A stretch of DNA of 64,000 nt from positions 4,243,218-4,307,217 of the forward strand of contig NW_003526941.1 of NCBI RefSeq assembly GCF_000181795.1, in the 5' to 3' direction. The notes beneath the pieces were generated by a model. It saw nothing but the letters and a program-made list of their open reading frames with translations, was not told the origin of the DNA and searched no databases. The position numbers and the translations under genes were made by a program. Numbering within the stretch: position 1 is the first letter of the stretch; the number at the start of each line of letters is the position of its first letter. The stretch comes from Trichinella spiralis (Eukaryota). Positions 54,094 to 64,000 of the stretch are shown here, one piece after another.

Positions 54094-56250
54094 GATTAGA
54101 AGAAAAGCACTGAAAAAATATAAAGTATTGAATCACTTTGTACTTTCAAGCAACTAAATTACACATCATGCATAAATACGCAGTATTGACATTTCCGTTT
54201 ATTTTTAGTAATTTGCGATGCTTTATGTTAATAAGTTTACGTTTTAGGTAATTTTAGGGAAGAAATTTGCATAACAATGCAATATTACGTAGTAATAGGA
54301 AGTGTGTAAATAAAAACGTAATAAATTTCATCGTCTCGTTTCATAATGTTGCTCGTAATATTTATTTTACTGCGCTATTACTGATGGAAAATTGGGTTGT
54401 TCTTCCTGAGGCAAAGTAAATAGTCATTTGCATAATTTACTTAGTATTATACATCTAATCAGAGAACTTCGATTGCATTAGGTTATTCAGTTCACTGCAA
54501 TGCTATCAGTCTGGCAGGTCGTCAACTATAATTCTGCTCTTCAACACCATCCATGAATAACTGGTAAGTTCGATTTGTTAGTTTGGTGGTGGTATGCTAT
54601 GCATGTTACTTATATGGTGAATGGAAACTGACGGGTTTCTTTTCTATTGTTGTTATTGCTAACTTTCAGGTACATCACATGCTGAAGAAGAAGAAATTGG
54701 TATTTTTTGTTTTTTATTGTGTGATATAATTTCCTTTCAGAATGGACATGTTTTTTATATTCATATCAAGGAATATGAATCTATCAGATTCAATAAACTA
54801 ACTGTATATGGTAACTATGCCTCATTATAATTTTTCACTCCTGTTTGTTTGTAATTATGTTTATTTCCTTGTAGGATAGCACCACCATCAGCACCATTGT
54901 TTGTTTTATCTTTGTTCTTTGTTTCTTATTTTGTGATATAATTTACTTTCAGAAATGACATTATTTTATGTGGTGAATGTGAAACAACCAGATTCTGAAG
55001 ACTAATTAAATATGGTAACTATGCTAACTAGGTAACTATGTATGGTCAGTGTAACTTTTTAGATGTAGATGTATATTTACTACAATGCATGACAGACAAA
55101 AATAGATATTCTGTTTATAGAACACTCTTATTTACTCTTCAGAAATTTTGTAATCTAATGTTTTATTTCTTTGTGGTATTTATTACTTTTTTTGGTTTAA
55201 CAATCGCTCTGTTTCTACCGTGAGCAGTCATGTGTCTCAACAGTTCCGCTTTCTGGTTTACTTCATCTTCAGAGTAAGAATGAATTTGATGCAGTATATT
55301 ATAGCTATGCGTTATGCAAATGCAGTGCAACTTTTTCAATGATGTTTGTTATACTTCTTTTTTGTGCACTGTGGGAGGAAACCCAAACTACCATTTGGGA
55401 AGGATGTGCATGACAAAAATCAGTAATTGAGTTTGATTACTATTCCATAGTCTGTTACTATTATTAATGATTTCTAATTCTACTTATATTTGATACTGTA
55501 TGCTGCTTGTTATTGAATTTAGCAGAGGGCGTCATCATAATCGAAGCGTTTTCTAATTCTTGTCGCTCTGGCCAACATGGTGTATCAAGTTTACATCAAT
55601 GCGTTCTAAATGTGGCATCAGAAAATAAGTAAGTACAGCTTTTGGCCATTATAGGAATGGATTACATCATCAACATTTTTACTATTCATACTGATGGCGC
55701 TCTGCGTCATTAGAAATTAGAAAGCGGCGTAATGGTGTTACCCAGTAATGATACAGGAATCAGTGTGGTTTCCCTTATTGTAAAAGTAAAATGATTTGTA
55801 TTAGTTGCAGATATTGTCAATACAGTCGAATTGCGCTGATGCCCGTGTATATTCTACAAATTTGGTAGTGTGAATTGCCATCATGGCCATGATATGACCA
55901 AAGTGATATGACAAATTAGTAAGTAGAGGTTTCGTTTACTTTGAGTGACAGCGGTCACACTGTAATGTGGCTTATCACAGACTAAGAATGTTTAATTGAG
56001 TGTTTTAGCGCGCAACTGCATCCTGAATGACAACCAAATGTAACAAGTAATTTTTCTGCAAATTTGTATACTTAGTAATTATTTGTACTTATTAATCATT
56101 GCTTAGTAATTAAGGAACAACGATGCACTGTTATTTGTCTTCAATTTTTTATAATATGGCTGTTTTATATCAGTTTAATATTATTTACTTTTAAGCACAC
56201 TTGTTTTGCAAATATTTTCAGAATCAAATTAAGTTTAGATTTAGATGAAT
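54094..56250 (+). repeat. Left arm of a large inverted repeat; exon-like segments with splice sites but no continuous ORF
   Basis: 54094-54780 is the near-exact reverse complement of about 59700-60440. Inner segments (55420, 55600, 55770, 55910, 56125) match 59390, 59210, 59050, 58930 and 58500 in mirrored order with more divergence. Confidence 0.88.
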
Positions 56251-56599
56251 GAAATTCCATTTTTTGGTTACTATGCGTTATTGAACATGTGGTTCTTTTA
56301 CAAAGAGTTCTAATCACGTCGATAAATAAATACGTCGTCACAAAGCACTACCACCAGTTCCTGCCGCTCAGTTTGTCGACGTACGTACATATACTGGTTT
56401 AGTGTAAATTTTGTTGTTTCTGTTTTTCAGGTTTTTATAGCTTTGCTTTTCAGATATCCATTTGCAATTGTTTGGTACCAGTGTTCAAGATTTTAGTTTA
56501 GGTAAGAATTTATTTTAGATCCAGTTAATATTCAGAGATTCAGTTCAAGGCAACATGGCTAAGTAAATTGCGTAAAGTCTAAAAAGACATGGAAGTAGA

Positions 56600-56965
56600 C
56601 TAGAGGTAAGTATGAAGAAAAATGGGTAAGTCAGGTAAGAATAGGTGTGAAGGTAAGTACAATTGAGAAGGTAAGTATAAATGTGAAGGTAAGTATAAAT
56701 GTGAAGGTAAGTATAAATGTGAAGGTAAGTATCTACAGGGTGAAGGTAAGTAGTCTATAGGGTGAAGGGTAAGTATAAATGTGGAGGTAAGTAGTCTATA
56801 GGGTGAAGGTAAGTATAAATGTGAAGGTAAGTAGTCTATACGGTGAAGGTAAGTATAAATGTGAAGGTGATTACTGCATAGGTGAAGGTAAGTGGTATGA
56901 AGGTGAGTATGTAAAGTATATGTAAAGGGTGAAGGTAATTAGTGTTTAGGGTGAAGGTAAATGCA
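56600..56965 (+). repeat. Tandem array of 18/22-bp units GAAGGTAAGTATAAATGT / GAAGGTAAGTAGTCTATAGGGT
   Basis: 14 copies of GGTAAGT counted, plus variants AGGTAAGA, AGGTGAGT, AGGTAATT and AGGTAAAT. Confidence 0.95.
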
Positions 56966-57004
56966 AGTGAATGTACTTGTAAATATAGAAATTACAAATT
57001 TTAA

Positions 57005-57510
57005 AAAGCCTCAGGCAATTTAGTTAATGAAATATGCAAATTTTTAATCGCCTATGGGTAATATGCAAATTTTTATGTGCCCTCAGGCTACGCCTGGGGC
57101 TATGCCTCAGGCAATTTTTTGAAAATTTCGAAATTTTTTGAAATTTAGCCCCGGGCGTCGCCTCAGGCTATGCCCCAGGGCAAATAAAAATTTGCATATG
57201 CCCTTAGGCTATCCCACAGGCAATTTATAGCACAATATTTGGCCTAAGGAGGTTTTTATGCAAATTTTTTATCGCCTCAGGGTAATATGCAAATTTTTTT
57301 TGCCCTCAGGCTACGCCTGGGGCTATGCCTCAGGCAATTTTTTGAAAATTTCAAAATTTTTTGAAATTTAGCCTTAGGCGTCGCCTCGGGCTATGCCCCA
57401 GGGCAAATAAAAATTTGCATATTCCCGCAGGCTACGCCGAAAGCATTTTATTGCACAATATTTGCCTTCAAGGGATGTAAAAATTTGCATATTACCCCTA
57501 AGCGGTTAAA
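57005..57510. repeat. Palindromic core: two ~223-bp units, each internally dyad-symmetric, rich in GCCnnn(n)GGC and ATGCAAAT
   Basis: The motif at 57063 recurs at 57287 and the one at 57104 recurs at 57327. Each unit reads ATGCAAAT, three GCC..GGC, an A/T spacer, three GCC..GGC, ATTTGCAT. Confidence 0.93.
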
Positions 57511-57622
57511 ATTCAGGCCTTTCTACTTGCCTAACTGTACTTACAATTTCAAACCTGTTCTGCATTACTTGCACTTTCCACTTACACTTACTTGTTCTTT
57601 ATTTAACGTACATTTTAAAGCA

Positions 57623-58205
57623 TCTTACCTACCTTTTATCCACTTACCTCTACGCTATCGTACCTACCTTTTATCCACTTACCTCTACGCTATCGTACCT
57701 ACCTTTTATCCACTTACCTCTACGCTATCGTACCTACCTTTTATCCACTTACCTCTACGCTATCGTACCTACCTTCTATCCACTTACCTCTACGTATTCG
57801 TACTTACCTTCTATCCACTTACCTCTACGTATTCGTACTTACCTTTACGCTATCCACTTACTTTGACGCTACTTACCTGCATNNNNNNNNNNNNNNNNNN
57901 NNNNNNNNNNNNNNNNNNNNNNNNNNNNNNNNNNNNNNNNNNNNNNNNNNNNNNNNNNNNNNNNNNNNNNNNNNNNNNNNNNNNNNNNNNNNNNNNNNNN
58001 NNNNNNNNNNNNNNNNNNNNNNNNNNNNNNNNNNNNNNNNNNNNNNNNNNNNNNNNNNNNNNNNNNNNNNNNNNNNNNNNNNNNNNNNNNNNACTTACCT
58101 TTACGCTATCCACTTACTTTGACGCTACTTACCTGCATTACACATTACACTTACCTCTACGCTGTGAAACCGTTACTCCACTTACCTCAACACCACCTTA
58201 CCTGT
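57623..58205 (-). repeat. Tandem array of a 35-bp unit (minus strand CGATAGCGTAGAGGTAAGTGGATAAAAGGTAGGTA) interrupted by an assembly gap
   Basis: TACCTACCTTTTATCCACTTACCTCTACGCTATCG repeats at 57661, 57696, 57731 and onward, and continues after the N-run. Confidence 0.93.
57883..58092. other. Assembly gap (N-run)
   Basis: 210 Ns. Confidence 1.
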
Positions 58206-58239
58206 ATGCAAATTACTATCTTGCATTTCTATAAATGCA

Positions 58240-61200
58240 GATCTAAAATTAAAATTCACTTGAATTACCAATACAAGGACAAAAATGATTCTGAAATCAA
58301 GAACTGAAAATCAGTCGACTGACTTGAAAAATGAAAATAAAAACAAATGATAATGTATGTTATGTATGATGGATATACAAGGATAAACACAATGTAATGT
58401 GTATGTAGGATCTTTGTAGGATATACAAGATACAAATCTGTAAAATATACAATATTAGTTGTAATATACAGTTGATATGAAAAACACTATAAAAAGTAAT
58501 TGAAGACGAATAACAGTTCACTTCACTGTTTTTTAAGTTTACAAAATTTGAAAAAAAATGGAACTACTTACCTTATTCGATGGGGCAATCACGATGCGGC
58601 TCTCATATTCACGCACTTAAACATTAAAGCTTACTTAATTCTTCCTTACCCTATGTGACAAGGACAAACATCGAAACCATAGGAAACGCAATTTGAGTGG
58701 CATCGGCTGCGACTAAACGGAAGAGCCAGTTTGCCAAGCGACATACTGGTTGTATTGATTTAACGTATTTGATTACTGTCACAAATTCTTTCTTACTATT
58801 TGTGATAAGCAAAGGCACACTGGGACGGCTAGAAAACGCCATTATTTACAAGTGAACACTGGTTGGCATCAGGACAGGCCTCATGAGACGACATAATCCA
58901 CAGCTATTATAAACAAAAACTACTTACTAATTTTTGTCATATCACATTGGAAGCGCACTGACAATACGTTGTAAGGATGTATATGAACGCTGCTCGACTG
59001 ACTCAGAGAAATCTGCTACAATTACAATCAATTCCTTCTTACTCTTATGATAAGTGAAACCACAGTACAACAACCGGGAAGCGTCACTGCACCAACTTCA
59101 ACTAACTCAGAGCGCTATAAGAAGAAATATCGTATTCCATTAACGTCAATGTAATGCTGTCGTGGATAAAATGTATACAATGCAATCAGGAGCAAATTCA
59201 ATACTTACGGATGTTTGTGATGCCACATTTTGAACGAAGTGATGTGAACATGACTTATCACGGTGCTCAGAACAAATAAAACTCCATAAAAGCTCAGCTG
59301 ATGACGTAATCTGTAATTAAAGATTTTACCAAATTCTACATATATCTAATACGCCCGTCGTCTTGCTGTCTAATTAAACAAATTCAATACTTACTGTTTT
59401 TTGTCATATGTTTTTTGAACGCTATGTCAGCAACTCCAACAACCACTGTTCAACAACTTTTACCTGTCTTTACTGATAATAGATTGCATTTGGGTATTTT
59501 CAAAATGTAGCAAGGCAAATGTAATTTTCAATTCTTAATAGAATTGAATCAAGGGCACCAAATTTATGATATCATATACATGATAATTTAACATTAGTGC
59601 TGCAGAAAGAATCAAAGCAATGTGGCGCTAATGGCACTGTAACCTTCAACCTAAATTTAACAGAAAAATTCAAGTAAAAAGCAAGGCATATTCATCATGA
59701 TGCATAGTTACCATATTCACTTAGTTTTCAGAATTTGGTTGTTTCATATTCATTGATATGAATATAAAATAATGTAAATTCTAAAAGTGAATTATATTAA
59801 TGCAATCATCTATAAATAAAAAACGGAAATAGATACTTCTTCGTCTTCAGCATCTGATGTATCTAAAAGTTAGCAATAATAACACTAGAAAGACTCCCGC
59901 CAGTTTCCATTCACCATATATGTAAAGTAACATGCATAGCATACCACCACCAAAATATCAAATCCAACTTACCAGTTATTCATGGATGGTGTTGAAGAGC
60001 GGAATTATAGTTGACCACGTGCTAGATTGATAGCATTGCAGTGAACTGCATAACCTAATAAAATCGATGTGCTTAGTCAATTGTATAATAAGTAAATTAT
60101 GCAAATGGCTATTTACTTTGCCTCAGGAAGAACAACCCAATTTTCCATCAGTAATAGCGCACTAAAATAAACATTATGAGCAACATTATGAAACGAGACG
60201 ATGAAATTTATTACGTTTTTATTTACACACTTCCTATTACTACGTAATATTGCATTGTTATGCAAATTTATTCCCTAAAATTACCTAAAACGAAAACTTA
60301 TTAACATGAAGCATCGCAAATTACTAAAAATAAACGGAAATGCTATCACTGCGTATTTATGCATGTTGTGTAATTTAGTTGCTTGAAAGTACAAGGTGAT
60401 TCAATAATTTATATTTTATCAATACTTTTCTTCTAATCAAAATTATATGGATAATTTTAAATAGCTCCCACTGAAAATAGTTGCAAAAATAAAATACTTT
60501 TTCAGATTTATGGAAAATTAAACATTTGTCATGAAATTTTGTAATATGCAGTTTATCTCAGTACAGAAGTCAACAAGTGCGCAGCGTAGACATAATGATG
60601 GTAAGCGGCTGCTCCAGTGGCTATGCCGCTTGACAGCGCATCTCCACTTTCGTTTGCGCCTTATGATGATTTATGGCAAGACTGCAAACTTGGTTGAGCA
60701 CTGCATCCGCGCGCTTCATACAATGTGAGAAAAACCCTAATCGCAGAAATTCAGTAACTGAGCGATTTGCAATGAATTCAAGAAACTTATGCGGGTGACA
60801 ATTCTGTATTGTATTTTATGAAAAGAATAAAACAAAAGAATCACGAGTAGCCTGGATGTGGTCACATTGCTAGTCGATAACAATTATGAGAAATGAGATT
60901 GATATGAGATGAAAACAGCTAAGTGCTGTTCATTCAGCTCGAAATAGGGGGTGGGCAACATTTTCAGTTGAATGCGATCTCTGTTCAGCTTAGTATTATT
61001 ACGAGCTCAATAATGGGAATCATTAGACGGGAACGCAGGGCAGAAAAAGGAAAGAAAAAGCAGTTGAAGGACGTTAGAGATAGAAGTTGTCAGAATGTGA
61101 ATCGTTTCCGCTCACTTAATCTTCAAGCACAACAATCAAGCGTTCTCATTCACTGATCAATACTGACAACATTAATGGAAACAAAGTAAATTTCGCAATG

Positions 61201-61650
61201 ACAAAAAAATAGGGGGATCTATATAAGTCAGTGCTATTGGCAGTACCGTGGCATCATAGGATTTTTCAGCAGTCATTTAAAAGATGAGATGAAGGGAACA
61301 ATTTCAGGCCATTCTGACAGTTTCAAGAATGGTTGTTCAAAGAGGTCTGCAGCTAACAGCAGCTTTCCTATGTCATGTTAAAATAATGCTGGGCATAAAT
61401 TGGTCACTGTCAAGCATTTAGAAGAGCAATTACAGTATCCCGGTGACAGACATTTCTATTAAACAGTTGGTCAAACATGTTACCTCACCAGTAAACATCA
61501 CAGAGGGCATTAAAGATAATATGCAAGTCGTTCAACGGCTATGGCAACAGTATTTTCGAAATGCATTTGTAAGGACTGTTGAGAATTATAGCTGCACATA
61601 TATCACTACTACTATATCTTACGGTTTCAGATTGGCGTATCTCTAATGTA
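58240..61650 (-). repeat. Right arm of the inverted repeat / second copy of the repeat unit
   Basis: Reverse complement of the left arm up to about 60440. 59700-61650 is also directly duplicated at 62520-64000. Confidence 0.85.
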
Positions 61651-62519
61651 GTAGTGAATATTAGTTGCACATTGTTGCAGAAAAAAAATAAGCTTCGATT
61701 AAAACAATTAACTTTAACAATTACGAAAGGTTTTAAAAGTAGGCATGTTTAGTTCAGTGTGGCAGGAGAAGGAAACAAAGTATAAAAAAACAAAAAATAT
61801 GCTAAAATTCATACCTGCCAGGAGCTCTGTCATTGATGAGGTGTAACGCAGACTTTTACCGATATCGAATACTGCATTCATTTCGTCAGCTATCGAACAA
61901 ACTGAGTAGTTGCTGATTTTTGTCTGAAATGGAACGCTTTTTGAACGCCTGGATGGAAACCTCAACTACTTGAGTGCAGAATTCATTGCGAATCCGCACT
62001 TCACCGATGGTTGGACGTTATCTATTTATACAATAAAGAATATTTAATTCATTCGTACTGCTACGATGAAAAAGATCAGAAGGAGAACAGTTGGAATTCT
62101 TGACTTTCACAAGGGAAACATCGACAAGGAGATGATTAAACCAAAAAGAAGGATTAAATCAAAGAAAGAAAATCAAAGAATGGAATTTAGAAATTATGAT
62201 GCACTGTTATTCGTCTTCAATTATTTTCTTACAATATGGCTGTTTCTTATAAGTATCATTACAATTGCTATTGTCAGTACAAATAAAATGTACGAAAAGA
62301 ATAAACTGAGAAGTAATATTGGTGCACTACTTACAAGTATATAAACAGGATATCGTTCATCTTAACTCTTTCCAGATATTGCACTGTATTAGATATGGTT
62401 GTACATTTAAAAAGCCATATTTACAATGTAATATTCAAATTTAAAATTTATGAAAATCCAACACAACCAATATGTGATATCAGTTACATGATGCCAAAAT
62501 GAAGATTAAAGTGATGCGA

Positions 62520-64000
62520 TGCTGATGGTGGTGCTATCCTACACGGAAAAAAACATAATTACAAACAAACAGGAGTGAAAAATTATTATGACGCATATTT
62601 ACCTCATTCACTTAGCTTTCACAATCTGGTTGTTTCATATTCATTGATATGAATATAAAATAATGTCAATTCTGAAAGTAAATTATATCTCAAAATAAAA
62701 AACAAAGAATTTCTTCGTCTTCACTATCTGATGTACCTGAAAGTTAGCAATAACAAAACTATAAAGAGACCCGTCAGTTTCCATTCACCATATAAGTAAA
62801 GTAACATGCATAGCATACCACCACCAAAATATCAAATCCAACTTACCAGTTATTCATGGATGGTGTAGAAGAGCAGAATTATAGTTGACGACCTGCCAGA
62901 CTGAGAGCATAGCAATGAACTGAATAACCTAATGTAATCGAAGTTCTCTGATTCGATGTATAATACTAAGTAAATTATGCAAATGACTATTTACTTTGCC
63001 TCCGGAAGAACAACCTAATTTTCCATCACTAATAGCGCAGTAGAATAAATATCATGAACAGCGTTATTAAACAAGACGATGAAATTTATTACGTTTTTAC
63101 TTATACACTTCATACTAATACGTATTACTGCATTATTACGTAATCGTGCACTATTACGTAATAGAACAATATTATGCAAATTTCTTTTACTAAAATAAAC
63201 TGAAACAAACTTTTAATAATCTGAAGCATTGCAAATTACTAAAAATACAATAATTTATATTTTGTAAATGACTTTCTACAAATCAAAATTATATGGATAA
63301 TAAAAAAATCGCTTCTACTGAAAACAGTTTCAAAAATGAAATACGTTTTCAGATTTATAGTAATGTAAACAGCTTTAAGACGGGAAAAGAGTAGGGAGGG
63401 AACAGCAAAGAAGGAAGGAGGGAGAGGTAGCAGGGTGGTGGAGGTAAAAGTTGTCAGAATGTGATTCGCTTTCCTTCACTAACTTTTCATGCATAATTAT
63501 CAGGCGTTGTTTCATTTGTCAATACTGACAACATTTATGGAAATAGACCCTTTCTCTCAATGATAAAAAACAAGTGCATCTATATAAGTTAGTGTTATTG
63601 GCAAGACAGCGACATCGAACTATCTTTCAGGAGTCAGTTTTGAGGATGAGGGGAACAATTTCAGGCCATTCTGACAGTTTCAAGAGTGGTAGCTAAAAGT
63701 GCTCTGTAGCAAAGAGCAGCTTTCCTATGTCTTACTGAAATAATGCTGGGCACAAATTGGCCAGTGTCAAGCATTTAGGAGGCAATTGCTATAGTGATAA
63801 TAGCATATAGAGCAATTGCAATAGGTCAACTATGTTACCTCACCAACAAACATCATGCAGGGCATTAAAGATAATATGCGAGTCGCTCAACGGCTATGGC
63901 AACAGTATTTTCCAAATGCATTTGTAAGGACTGTTGGGAATTAAAGATGTATATACATCACTACTACTATATCACACGGTTTCAGATTGGCGTGTCTCTA
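62520..64000 (-). repeat. Third copy of the repeat unit (direct repeat of about 59700-61650, lacking about 60540-61060)
   Basis: 59941 matches 62815 (ataccaccaccaaaatatcaaatcc), 61301 matches 63658 and 61621 matches 63976. 62520-62600 matches left-arm 54810-54900. Confidence 0.88.

Noticed and set aside
57836..58138. Identical ~46 bp on both sides of the gap as a target-site duplication
   Set aside because: It is more likely an unresolved or collapsed tandem repeat at a contig join.
56600..58205. CRISPR-like array or telomeric repeat
   Set aside because: There are no unique spacers and no cas genes, the context is eukaryotic, and the units are not TTAGGC/TTAGGG telomere repeats.
57485..58234. 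249-aa and 87-aa ORFs spanning the gap
   Set aside because: They are translations of the 35-bp tandem repeat and the Ns.
61714..62344. Divergent short ORFs (83 aa and 92 aa) as genes
   Set aside because: They have no recognisable domains, and the second partly consists of a repeat-family fragment; support is insufficient.
54094..64000. Autonomous transposon, or SL-RNA/snRNA gene cluster
   Set aside because: No transposase, Rep/helicase or RT ORF is visible. I could not identify an SL exon plus Sm site, or a U1 body after the ACTTACCTG matches. An Rfam scan would be needed to exclude these fully.

Overview
This is AT-rich eukaryotic genomic DNA with many short GT-AG introns. It is a nematode, shown by a cuticle collagen, an EFF/AFF fusogen and operon-like gene spacing; clade I/Trichinella-like is my inference, not a checked result. 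Bases 1-49.7 kb are gene-dense: a SIM+RING RNF4-like gene, the 3' exons of an NADH pyrophosphatase, TIMMDC1, GTF3C1, a Shisa-like gene, RUFY, SLC37A4, erlin, a cuticle collagen, an AFF/EFF fusogen, two 22-aa eL41 genes missed by the ORF track, a HIRIP3-like gene, a CTTNBP2NL-like gene, TRMT112, rpn-7 and an amidated neuropeptide precursor. Bases 50-64 kb hold no clearly intact gene but form a highly organised mirror-symmetric locus. Two diverged multi-exon-like arms point inward (about 54.1-56.3 kb and 58.2-60.4 kb). Each arm runs into a different tandem repeat, and both repeats iterate the 5' splice-site consensus AG|GTAAGT. Between them lies a roughly 500-bp palindromic core packed with GCCnnnGGC (AP-2-like) and ATGCAAAT (octamer) motifs. 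A third copy of the arm follows at about 62.5-64 kb. Exon boundaries were read by eye and are approximate.
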